In this document: positions 52,232 through 64,000 of the stretch, one piece after another
Position numbering within the stretch: the first letter of the stretch is position 1
Layout of the letters: every line of letters begins with the position of its first letter
Origin: Klebsormidium nitens
Lineage: Eukaryota > Plantae > Klebsormidiophyceae
NCBI GenBank assembly: GCA_000708835.1
Contig: DF237286.1
Coordinates: forward strand, 1 to 64,000
DNA length: 64,000 bases
Direction of reading: 5' to 3'
The notes under the pieces: model-generated
Databases searched by the model: none
Seen by the model: only the letters and a program-made list of their open reading frames with translations
Told to the model about the DNA's origin: nothing
Program-made: the position numbers and the translations under genes

Positions 52232-53039
52232 GGAAAGGTTGAGGCGGGGCGCTTCAGATATCACGGTAACCGTTTATCACCTATCTAGCATATGTACCTA
52301 AACGGATAGTAGGTAGGTATAGGTATATCAGAATAGTACTCGGGCTGAGCTGCTGCCGCCGTTTTGGGCTCAGCCAGCAGCCTGCCCGTGCGGGTGCAAG
52401 CTCAGGCATGATCCGGCCATGCTTCTGATCCTACAAAGCTTTGATGTACTGGTAGTTGCAGGGGTAAGAAATATACAAAATCTGTTCCACTGCGATTCAC
52501 AAGGAGCTCGAATTTATGGGTACGCTTTGACTACCTACCGTACATGCTACAGCCAAACAATAGAGGGTGACGTAGCGGCTGCTGATGCTTGATCGTCAGT
52601 GCTAGGATACCGTAGGCATGCATAACGTCGACATGGAACTGCAGCATTGGACGGCGGGGCAGCAGGGACGCTTAAATACAGTTGCTGGCAACAACTGAAC
52701 ACCACCATCAAGGAGCTCAGGATTGCGCAGTAGTCTTCTAGCTGGTTACGTAACAACCAGCTGTACTTAGTAGTTCTGCCCCAAAATCCCAGATTATAGC
52801 TCAGCAAGCAAACGGTGAGAGCCAGTACTCCCAGCTCATCGGACTAGATTCCCATTCAGAATTCAATCCAAGGTCTCATTGCTAGCAGTGACAAAAAAAA
52901 CGTCGTCTTCAAATTTTTGCATTAGATCATTCACAATCGGCTGTTGCACAGCATCCATCGGTCGCCTGAGCTAGCCAAGGGCTGGTGAGCTTTTTCGAGC
53001 CGCGCCAGGCTAGCGTATCTGTACTTTTGGCCCAGGAAT

Positions 53040-56000
53040 ATGGCGCCACTGGGGCCGGAGAAACACGATTTTCCAGGTAAGAAACATACCTTGAAGGCAG
53101 CCCTGTCTTAGACTGCACTAGTAATTTCTTCTGTCCTGCTGTGGGGATCTTGGAAAAACTAGAATTGTTTCTGCTGCCCTCTCGTTGGAAAGTTGATGCT
53201 TGCTCTTTCATGGCAATGATTTTGCAATTGGAGGTGCAGCGCACGCGTAAAGGATTGCTTATTGACGAATTGTACTTCAACAAATGGTTTGGTTAAGTCC
53301 TCCCATGATGAGATCGAAAGGTATTACGCACAAGGCTCTTGGAGCAGCTTGTGAAGATCCCGAGAAACTTTAGAGTCTACGTCAATTTCAAGAGATCAGG
53401 AAATTTTCAAAATATCCCAGCTCTACTTGTGGTACTGGATTCCACCACCAGCGGGTTGCCCAGCTCCTTTGGAAATTGGATAGAGCTGTAGAATGTGGCC
53501 AAGCAAAAAGTCTATCTTACCGCTTGTATCCTAAGCTCATGTTGTGATGCCTGAGGGTTTCAGTATGCCTTTCAATCACTGGCCAGAAGTTGCCTCATTC
53601 CCCCCCAGTTTTTGACACGACCAACGCCAAGAATGCGGTGGAGCGGCTGGACCTCACGGGAAAGCGCCGCAGATATGGGCCCAGGACAAAGAAGTGGATG
53701 GCGTTTAAGAAGAAGCTGGGTCGCAAGGAGAACCTCATCTTCTTCACCATCGCTGGGGTCTCCGGTGGGATTGCCATTGGAGCCGGGCTGTACACCTCCA
53801 AGCCAAGCCCAAGGGCGATTGAACTGATTGGTGAGAAACAGTCTGGGTTTGATTGTGATATGTCTAAGACTTGCCTTTCCAGAATATCCAATTGCTGCCC
53901 CCCTCTCGAGGGAATTCACTTGGAGTCCTTTTTCCAGTGGCTTTCTTATTAGCCACTCCAATTTGTGTTGCTGCAGTAAAATTGAATCTGCGCTGACATA
54001 CTACAATTGGATGATTGACAGTGAGTAGTTTGTGATAAGGACCTGAGTGCCTTTCTGTCTGCAAACTTCATGAAGCTGCCCAACTGCAAAATCTGCCCCA
54101 GGCCATGAATTAGCCTACAAAACTTTGGAAGAGTGATCTCCGAGGCCTGATTGAAAGAAACCAGAGCGGTACCTTGCCTATGCTAGCTTTATCTGATTCA
54201 GCGAGCTCAACCAAAGTATAACCAAAGCAACACATATAGAGAGACGTCATAAGCCCTCTCACTTTACGTGTTTCCGCACTCTGGCATCTCACGGCATGCT
54301 TCTCTTTCCATTTCCTCAGGGTACCCGGGAGAACTGTTTCTGAACGGGCTGTCGGAGCTTGTGCTTCCTCTGGTAGCCTTGGCGCTGATGTGTGGTGTGA
54401 TGAGCCTGCGGCACACAACAAGCGGGTGAGGGCCCCTGTGATGCTGAGAAGTCAGTACTTGACATCCATGCACGGAAGCAGCTCAACCCAGCACTAATAC
54501 GAAAGAGATTTTGAGGCTGGATCAAAGATTTAGGTGAATGACTCTTTTGACCGAATCCTGCTCAAGGAACTGTAGACCTCCCTTAGACCAGCGGAAGAGT
54601 TGCAGATATCCCATCCGAGCTTCTCCTGTCAGTTTCCATTGATTCATCTCATCTTCCCGCATCCTTGCAGGGCTGCAAACATTGCCACGTGGTCAATGAT
54701 GTACTATTTCACGTCCATGTTTCTCGCAGTTAGCCTTGGTAAGCCTCTCGTCTCTTCCCTGTTTCTTCCTTTGCCTCATATTGAAGATGGCTATGCTCTC
54801 GCGGGATCCCTGGAGTACCTGAAGCCTCAGTGGGGGGACCTGCTGTTGCAACTTTCATCGAGGAATAGACTACAGCAGAATCCTTTCCCTGTCGCCTGCA
54901 TGCAGTCGTTTCTTCTTTGTTCACTTAGAGGCTCGACAACCGTGGCAGACTTATGTGGTACGCTCCTTCAAGTAGGCGCTTTTTCGAATGTTGTCATTCT
55001 GTGAGTAAAAACAAACCCTTTGATAATCAGACTCATTGTGCTGAATGCGCTGAAGTTCTTTATGGTTCCTTCGTCCTGTACGAGAGTTGACCCGCATCTG
55101 CTCTCCCTCAACAGGTATCGGGCTCGTCTATGCAATCCAGCCTGGAGCCAACGAACCTTTTGGCAACGGGGATTTGACTCAGTGTGGCAAGGCCAGAAAC
55201 TCTACAGTTACTAACTCAGTGTGAGTTCTCAGCAAATCTTTCTGTATACGTACTCTTAGCAGAATCTTCTCTTCATTTCTGGTCAGGCTTTGCTTCTGGA
55301 GCGGATGATCATGATCAGCACCAATCGACAGAAAAATGCTGCAGAAGTTCTGAGTCGGATTACCTCGGCAAACAAAGCTACAGATAGCTTGACTTTCACT
55401 TCTTGTCAAGCTTTGCTTCAATTGAACCGAGGGGTTCCAGGTCCAGCATACAATGAAGACATCGATACCACCGTCTTTCCAGCTTGTAATTGTCAATGTC
55501 CTTATATCTCAAAAGGGCATGCTGCTGACCCATAAACCTAGCACGATTGACTAAACCAGAACATGTGATCTTGGCCCCTTTCCTACTGCCCCTGCTTCCT
55601 TGACTCAAGCTACAAGACTATTTGGACATGATGAAGCAAGCTCATGATTCTCACCTATGATTTTCTCCAGGGGAAACTCTGCTGGTGATGCCGTGGCGTC
55701 GCTACTGGGCCTTGGGAGGAGCATGGTCCCCAGCAACATCGTAAGCTTCTGGACACAATCCAATCATTGCACTGGCACGTCCTCGTAACGCTTTTGGTCT
55801 CTTTGGCAAGCACACCGTCCTTCTTTGAAGGCATTTGGCAGCCACCTTCTCTTCCGTTCAATTCCTACCTTCTCTTCCGTTCAATCCAGTTCTGCACGTC
55901 ATTCCTCTTGCTGACCTGAAACTCCGTCAGAACATCTGCTTGAGCAGACGCTTTAGTTCTTCCTTCTTCTTGGATTCAGGTTGTGGCAGCTTATCAGAAC

Positions 56001-59000
56001 AACTATCTTGGTAAGTGATCAGCATTCAATACAGCTCTAGCTGCCGTAGGGCACTCGAAGCCCCGATCTCAGGAAGATTGCAAATGATGTGGTTTGCAAA
56101 GCCTGAGCTCCTTCTGGAAACCCCATCTTGCAAATCAATGTCGGACAGCGCGGCTTTGCAAAGCAGCCTGTGTGCACCAGACCTGAACAAACTTCGGAGA
56201 TCTCTGACGTGCGTCTCTTTTCAGTAGCTAGTCACGATCGACAAGGTCTCAAAGCTTGAGCCAAAAAGAAGAAACTTTTTCGAAAACCATTCGGCCCCTC
56301 CGTTTTCAAGCGGCGTACCTTGCTGATTGCACGAAGTCGGCAATCCGAATCAGCAAAGCGTTCTATACGTCTCAAAGAGAGCAATTTCATCCCTCAAAGC
56401 TGGAAGATATATACTTTTCTCCTGACAGAAGCTCACGAATGTGTTGCAGGAGTCATGGTGTTCTCCATCTTCTTTGGGGCTATCCTCATTACCTTGGGTA
56501 AGAGGTATACCACTGACGGCTTAGCACGCCGCCAGGCTTACCTATAGCTGGCAAACTTCTTTTCTTCCGACTTGTACGATCTATGACGCCTCGTCTTACC
56601 TCAGTAAGCGGGAATCAGAAGCGTCCGTTTCACAGTAAGAAAGGCTCGAAGCGTGCCTCTAGGACTCGAATGCATTTCCACAGGCGTTCAAGGTTGTATG
56701 GCACATCTGAAAGCACATTGTTACAAAGCGAACCCTTGTTCTTACATGTTGGTATCATCGTAAGCGACAGGGTTGGACTGGACTGTACTTCATCTGGTCT
56801 CTTGCCGCGTTTACTGACATCTCGCCGGATCTCGTTCGACAAGAAGCCAGTCCGATTACCGATCTGATTGGATTCGAGACAAGCACAGATTGCCTGAACC
56901 AACTTTGATCGTCTCAACATGCAGTTTTCCCATTTGGTTGGTTCAAGCTTCTCAGCTTCTTGTGCGCGTAACCGATTCCAACTTTTTGTACAAACATGCG
57001 CGTGCTACAGGTCCAATGGCCGAGCCCCTGATCAAGGTGATCGAGCTAGCAAACGACACGATTATGGGTATGATCACGCTCATCATCTGGCTGACGCCAA
57101 TTGGCGTGGGCTCATTGGTCGCGGGCTTCATCCTCAAGGCGTGCAACATCACGGCCGTTCTCAAGGCCCTGGCCAAGTACGTCGCGACGGTCTTGTCAGG
57201 TAAGAACCATTGGGTGGAAATCTTGGTATGCTGTACAAGCTTGTACTGCCTTTCCAGATCATTTCCTCTTCGATGGAGCAGTACGCAGCAGGGTAGTACG
57301 GCAAACCCACAAATGAAGTCAATAAGGCAGCGCTTTGCAGGAGCTGAGAATCTGCTCATTTGAATGCTCGAGGAGATCAGCGTCCGTTCAGCTTTCAGAA
57401 ATACTTCGTTTCTACACCTCACTTTCGTCCAGTCATGCATGTGCTTCTTTCAATTCATGCCTTGAATTCCAACATCAACGCGCATGTTGTTCCGCAGGGT
57501 TTGGGATTCACATGTTTGTACTCCTGCCGCTGACCTGCATAGGCTTCTCTGGGATCAATCCCATCAGAGTCTTCAAGTAAGTCTTAGTTGCATCACCTTA
57601 AAGCACCTCCAGTAGAGTCTCCAAACGGTCGTGGAAGCCCTTTTCTCATTGGCTTGCTTCCTGCTGTTGCTGCGCCAGAGCCAGTCACCTCTCACATCAG
57701 GCAATTTGGTTTCGGTCCCTGCTTATATGTGAGCATCTTTTTGTCATCAGTCCTCAGGTGATCAGGAACGCTTCTCCCCGGATGTGTCGCCCACTGAGCT
57801 TCCATTCGAAAGACTTTTGGTCGGAATAGGAGAAAGCTTGTAGTTCCGACCTTGTTCCGAATGCACTTGGAACTTCTTTTTGTTCGTCTATTTTGAGCGA
57901 TGCAAAGCATAGATCGGAAAACGCTGCTCTTTGGTTGCGCTAAACCCTGCTTCTTTCCATTGCGTTACCTGCTCAGTCTGTACAGTGTTTTTTGCTGCAG
58001 CCACGCAACAAGTGATTACTTCTACTTGCACATCAACTCAGTTCCGGCCAATTCAAACCTCTCAGAAAATGGTACGTGATAGCAAAATCTCCGTCTAATT
58101 GGAAAAGTCAACCAAACCAGACGTACCAAGAACCGGATCTGACCAGCTTTACCCACCTTTATTTGCAGGGCTTTCAGCCCGGCGCTTTTTCTCGGATTTG
58201 GAACAGCTTCGAGCGCGGCCACGATGCCCGTCACCATGCAGAACGCGGAGGACTTCGGGGCGGAGTCCAGCATCGTCAAGTTCGTCGTCCCGCTGGGTAC
58301 CAACTTCAACAGGCAAGGCTGTTCGATTCGACTTCCCAATGAAGTCGAGAACGCTCTGACTCGTTTATTTCTACGTAGTTGGGAAACTTTTGCCCGCAGA
58401 AAATACCTTGCTCGCAAAACTCTGACAGGTACGACAAAGCGATAAGCTGCCAGCGGAGCTGTGCGGTTCGTTTCACCACTCAAGCGGACGCAGACGCGGT
58501 CACTCTCTTCTGGTGCTGTGCTGATTCACAACAAGGAGGTTGCTGCCTGTTAATCTTTGAACGCCTGGAATACTAGTGTAGGAATCTTAGAACCGAGCTG
58601 AAGTGGCGGGGTAAGAACCGCGCGCAGTTCTTTATCGTAAAACGCGTTCTCAAGTACTGCCTTTACTGAGACAGTATCTTTTCAATTTGGTGCAGAGACG
58701 GTGCAGCTCTCTATGAGGCCACTTCCGCTCTCTTCATCGCTCAGGTGAGTAAGCAGTTTTGTTCCTCATTTCCACTACTTTTAAGCGCGATTCCTTGCAG
58801 AAGACGTTATGGACGCCTTTGGACTCAACCTTGACGGACGGCACGCTTGATTATCCAAAGCATCAGTCCACTTGTTTGGCTTTCGTATTCTTTGCGTCGT
58901 TTAGCACCGCGTCAGGCACAGCCGGACTACGAAATAACGTAGGCTCAGGGACTTTCGTGGTGGCAAACACACTCCTCCGTCCTCAGGTGAATCTTACAGT

Positions 59001-61247
59001 TTGAAAGGAAAGTGCAAGTGTACACAAGCCTTTCTGATGTATGAGTTTCCGGTCCTGCCGTGAATAGGAAGTGACACAGCAAGTGGACCCTTTGGCGGAC
59101 TCGTTTCAAGGTCTTTCAAACTGAAATGTTTCTTCAGCTTTCGTTCGCTTCCCCAAACGTTCCGATCCATCAGAAGTGACCGATGAGTATTCTAGCAGAC
59201 GTCTGGCCGCGCTTCTTTCGAAACGAAGGGCTCAAAGGGAGCCAGATCCGGGTTCAGTCGACGGCTTCTAAAGGGCGGATCCTGGTTCACTGGAGGGCCT
59301 GTTGAGAAGTCAAAATTCCTCAGATAGCTGCTCCAGAGTCCTTTGGGACCTCCTTCGGGGGCCCCGCAAGATAGCAAAAAAAGTATTCAAGACGCGAAAA
59401 TTGGAGAGCCGCTTCAAGGTTTCTCAAGCTTCGATTGTCTTCGTGTAGGCTCACGGCGTCAAGCTGAGCGTGGGTAACGTCATCGTTCTGGCGATCACCG
59501 CTACTCTAGCGGCTATCGGATCGTAAGTGCGACATCCAGATTGGTTGTGGTTTCGGCATCTTCAACTTTGATGAGCCGCGCACGGAGACTAGTGCTTTGA
59601 AATGGGCGCTCCAGCTCTTGAAGTTGAAACGGCTTATGGGAACCCTGGTATCTCCAAGTGCTTCCTTGAAGGAGGCGGAAAGATCATAGCAAGTGAGAAG
59701 GGTTGTCGCTTACCCTTCTCGTCACAAAACGCCTGCGAGCGGGACCGTAAGAAAGCGGGTTCCAGATCACAAGGCCATAAGTCGATCAGATGTTTTGGAG
59801 TGTCGTTGGAGAATTGTCTGACGAATTTTGCTGTTCCCCCTCGAAAGCTAAAGCCATGGATCTGGGCTTACGGACACTTCGCACCCCGGTAGAGAACGAT
59901 GCTTTTGTGACAATAAGTACACACGTAAACTCAGAAGCCTACACTTCCTTTGCTGCGTATTATGTAGCTTCTGAAGCCAGCTACGACCTCGGCATGACGA
60001 AAACCGACTGACCGCATATCGCTCGTTGTTCTGCAGCGCCTCCATCCCAAACAGCGCCATCGTGACGTTGATCACCGTGCTCCGGGTGAGTGAATTCATG
60101 CGCCCGCGGCTTTCTTCTTTGGACAATCGCAGACACTTCTCGAGGAGAAGAGTACCGATGTCAGGACTTGCGGACAAGACTCTCTCTCGGGAACTATTCT
60201 CTCACTGTGGGTTCTGGTCTCATGTCGCTCTAAGGTCAGTCGGTGCAGAGCCGTCCAGTGGGCGGACCGGAGACTTCATTTAGTGCTCTGTTCTCGGACC
60301 GAGGCTCCTTCATACCGTTTGTCTTGGTCTAGCCTCTTCCGGAAGTATGATCAAGGAGTGCATGGGGTAAAGCCCCTTTGGCTTGGGGACAATATGGTCG
60401 GGACAAACAAAACCAGTCATGGGCTGCGAAAACTTCCTCTCTCTCATACCGGCTGTTCCAATTCCATCCCGAATCGGATTGTCAGTGTTGACCGATTGTC
60501 AAAGGGTTCTAACCTTTGAACCTTTGACACAAATCTGAATGGACTTTCTCTCCGTGACACAGGCTGTTGGTCTGAGCGAGTACGTCGGAGACATCTCGGT
60601 CCTCATTGCCGTGGACTGGTTCCTGGGAATGGTCAGGACGGTAGTCAACATCTTCGGTGAGTCTTTTCTTTGACTGCAACGAGGAGGACTCTGACTCACC
60701 GTTTTCAGAAAGTTCGGTGCTCATGTTTGGCAGGTTCTGCGCATCTTTGGGATTGACGACGCTTACCGCATATTTCCAACCACGCTCCTGCATGTCGTTT
60801 CTTCTCAAGCTAGAAGATTCTCCAGAAATTATCTGGCCGTACAGGGTGTCCTGATCCGTGTGTGCAGTAAGGCGCTAGTCCGGGCAGCTGGCCCGTTATG
60901 ATGGTTGTCTCTCCTCAGCCTACAGAAGCTTATCCGCTTTGGGTGTTGCGACCGGCTTAAGCAATCAACTGCCTCCAAACTGGCCTTTGCTTATCCGAAC
61001 AGCTGGCCTGTTACGATGGACCTTTCGTCACCTGGCGGCGCAAGCCCATCTCGTTCTGTTAGAAGATAGTTGGAAACGCTGACCACGAATTGCTGAAAGC
61101 ATAGAGCGCTCGTTTGCAGGTGATGCCTGCGCTGCCGTTATCGTGGACAACTGGTCGAGGCGCCATGAGGCGTGGAAGATCAAGAACGCGGACAAGCTGT
61201 ACGAAACGGATTCGGACGTCGAGGACGGGCCTCCTAACGACAAATAG
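53040..61247 (+). CDS. Dicarboxylate/amino-acid:cation symporter (DAACS / SLC1, GltP-EAAT family), 16 exons, 497 aa
   Basis: Exons 53040-53076, 53609-53830, 54320-54425, 54671-54738, 55115-55220, 55671-55740, 55980-56010, 56450-56497, 57011-57199, 57498-57576, 58169-58312, 58696-58744, 59449-59522, 60037-60085, 60563-60656, 61120-61247 (1494 nt). Motifs GYPGELFLNGL, AIQPG, VPSNI, GTASSAATMP (HP1), PLGTNFNRDGAALYEA (TM7), GSASIP (HP2), IAVDWFLGMVRTVVNIFGD (TM8). First exon/ATG less certain; intron 11 needs a GC donor. Confidence 0.92.
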
Positions 61248-62352
61248 AGACTTGATTCTAATGAATGAGAATGTGTACTACGAACGGGGTTTACTTCTGA
61301 CGTCGATGCAAGTTTGATAATTTTAGATGCCGCTAGGATGTCACAGCGGCTGCAACCTACTTCTTCGAAAGAAGACGCGTGTGTTAAGGTGTTGCCACTA
61401 CGAAGGGCGGAGTTGGCAGCATAAGTGGATGAACGGTTAGCGCACCCGCTATGTCATAGTTTCCCATGAATACAGGGATAGGTTTTGGCGCTCAATCCCT
61501 CCAGAAGTATATGTTGTTTCTTACTATATTCCTGGTCCGATAGCAGCGTGAACAGCTCACTTCTCCAACTTCCGTTGAGAAGGCTGTATACGCAGTCCTC
61601 GTGGAGGAAATGCAGGTGCAATGGAAGTATCTGGGAAGCGTAGTGTAGAGTCTGGAATATCATCAATATTATTCACGTAGGTTAGATTGCCACCTGGAAT
61701 TAGTTGAACTGAGTACAAGTGAGTGCATGGTCAAACCGCATCAGTAGTTGAGGAAGCTTAGAACAGCGAAGTATTCCAGGTAATCGTACTTTGAATAGCT
61801 CATAGCTCTTGCAGCCTACTAGGGGTCGTGCGCCTCCATTGATGTTATTGTTTTACTGTTTTGACGCAGTGCATGATGAGACCGCTCATGGGGACGTCAA
61901 TTCAGAAAGGTAGACCAAAACTGACCGTGGTTTGCGGCATTCCTATAAGGCCGGTGGATGATGGATTTCAAGATGCATCAAGCGTAAGGTCTCGCCAAGT
62001 TGAGAGCGAGTTTTTGCAGTAGTCGAACGTCGACAGCCTCTGCATCTCAAGATAACCGACTACGCCCGTGATGATCCCGTGATGCACTTCAACTGGCATC
62101 GCTCCTCAGAAGGTTGCACATATTCTCAGAACCAATGCAAACGTGACACCGGCTGCATTTCGATCCTTCTTGACGAGTCACGACTACTGCTACTGTTTAA
62201 TTATCGAAATGTTATTGCGGCTATAGCCTGACTCAGCAGCTCGCTGGAAGGACGCGGCCGGCGCCGTGCCGTGCCCTCAGAGTCAGTCTTTATCATTCAG
62301 ATCGGTCATCGGACGACCCACAGGCTAGGGGCCAGCGCCTGTGACGCTGGCA

Positions 62353-63012
62353 CCCGCGTATTTATCTGACAGCTTACCACGTGGAACACATGACACGCGT
62401 GTCAAAATCGACCAATCGTTGCTTGTTTTGAAGCGCGGTTCACGCTAGTATGATGACAGTTCCTGATCGTGCATCATGGCCCAAACCATGGGTTACACGG
62501 GGGTACGTTACACGGGTTGATGAGAGCGGTTCACAGAGACCACCGAGCGTATTGCCTAATAGACCTAGGTGATCGGAGCTGCCTGCGTAAGTTAACCCTT
62601 GGTCCCAATTGTCAGTTGGGAATCGGGCTAGGTATTCTGTAAATTAATGAATTCCGCCGTCTCACCAGGGTTTCCGACCCACAGCCGGCAGCTACACTTG
62701 GACCTGGCCGGCCGAGAAGAGACCCCGGCCGGTGCCGAAGGCACCCTGCCGGCTGGTCAGCCGGCAGAAAATGCAGGCGCTTAGTGGGCTCAGCCGGCCG
62801 GTAAACCAAACATGCTGGCTACCGAGCCGGCAGAACCGGGGGGGCGCCGGCAGCTGGCCGGCCGGGACAAAAGTCCGTTGGAAACCCTGGACCGTCTCAC
62901 CGTCTCAGCCGAGCTAGTATTTGAGTACGTAACAAAACGTCAGCACCTGCCGGGTGGGGCATTCTGATTGGCTTTTGTATCGGTCAATTCTTCGCAAGCG
63001 GGACGCGGCGTC
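62353..63012 (+). promoter_or_regulatory. Second copy of the promoter-like modules, interrupted by a MITE
   Basis: CCCGCGTATT..GACAGCTTACCACGTGGAACACATGACACGC..CGACCAAT (62353-62416) and TACGTAACAAAACGTCAG..CTGATTGG..GCAAGCGGGACGCGGCGTC (62926-63012) match 51960-52024 and 52144-52231. Confidence 0.55.
62665..62891. mobile_element. hAT-like MITE (~227 bp)
   Basis: 11-bp TIR CCAGGGTTTCC (62665-62675) / GGAAACCCTGG (62880-62890); 8-bp direct repeat CCGTCTCA at 62657-62664 and 62892-62899 (one extra base on the right end); ~9 internal GCCGGC motifs. 8-bp TSD and CAGGG-type ends are typical of hAT. Confidence 0.75.
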
Positions 63013-64000
63013 ACTTCAGGGGCCCTCACTTCAGTCTCAGATAGGTATTATAATGAGTCAGGAATCAGGATACTCGCCAGCCTGCGCAGTGCACTGCAGT
63101 GCACCCCATGGCAGCAGCGCAGGACAGCTGGTGTATGCTAAGTGCTTGTACCGGTACAGAGTTCGTCACTTGTACCCACCGGCCGGAAAGCCGGAATTAG
63201 CAGTCTTCTGGCCACGGACCAGGCGTTTAGTAAAACCGACTCAACGTAAAATCACGTCGGACAACATGCCATATGCAAGCTGAGAAGACTATAAGTATGT
63301 GTCCATGCCAGTAATGACATCGGCGTTGGAACTTCAACTTGGCATATGCCATGTTTTGACTTTGAATAGAGAGACGTACGTCTTTATAGATCTAAGTTTA
63401 TAGCTCTTCGAAGTCGTCAAATCATGCAGAAAATAGATATTTGATTGTACTCCTGAACGGGTCTCGAACCCGTCCGAAGACATATCCGCTGTACGTTTGG
63501 GCATATTGGCATGTTGTTTCAGAGATATACCATATGCCAACTGTGACTTATGAGTTTCATGCCGAAGGTCATATGCCACTACCAGCTATGCCTGGTCCTG
63601 GGCCCGGAAATGCTGCTGTCCATGCCAGTAATTTAGACAGTGCAGCTAGATCGCTTCATTGACAGGGCCTGCTCATGGTGCTGATCAGTGCACCGCATGC
63701 CACTGCATACTATCAGCACTGGCGACGACTTCCTACCTGCATTTGAGGCGTGGGAAAATACAGCTGCTTCTGTAGCAATAATTGAATGCCACAAGGGGCG
63801 CACAATGTGGCCTTCTCGTTACGTAACTACGGCCAGTTATGCAATGAATCCTTTAAGCTGAGGAAGCCAAATTAACGATCGCCATGAGCTGCTGAATGAG
63901 CTGAACAAACTGCCAGAAATACCGTAAAAGCATTCACCCAGTACTGCGAAGGAGCTGACTGCCCCAACATATCCAGATTGTGGCAACCAGCCAGTGCGCC

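Noticed and set aside
55843-55885. Short tandem duplications (also ~22397-22434 and 6645-6680)
   Set aside because: Ordinary slippage-type intronic repeats unrelated to exon sequence.
61400-62200. Possible minus-strand gene or pseudogene after the SLC1 gene
   Set aside because: Short frames interrupted by stops, no motif recognised; cannot be supported without a homology search.

Overview
Intron-rich eukaryotic nuclear DNA with GC-rich exons and GT-AG introns; gene content and style suggest a streptophyte green alga such as Klebsormidium (inference). Five gene models were reconstructed by hand with consistent exon phases. (1) A 21-exon ABCC/MRP transporter (-, 1393-18613, ~1550 aa). (2) A 9-exon GH14 beta-amylase (+, 20266-28718, ~1025 aa) with a ~430-aa C-terminal tail containing a hydrophobic segment. 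(3) A 7-exon SCL-type SR splicing factor (-, 30180-35020). (4) An exon chain (+, 36047-49623) with a destabilase/i-type-lysozyme-like domain, IQ motifs, a long disordered region and a NACK/HINKEL C-terminal-like domain; it may be one ~2450-aa protein or two genes. (5) A 16-exon SLC1/DAACS symporter (+, 53040-61247, 497 aa) with unusual binding-site substitutions. Also present: two MITE-like elements and a duplicated promoter footprint flanking the SLC1 gene. The most striking unexplained signal is about 20 'exon echoes' in the ABCC introns, plus a few in other genes. These are same-orientation copies of exon ends with their splice sites. Several differ from the live exon almost only at synonymous positions (29 synonymous vs 3 non-synonymous codon differences in four hand-aligned cases), which neutral decay of dead-on-arrival duplicates does not predict. 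No rRNA, tRNA or CRISPR array is supported.
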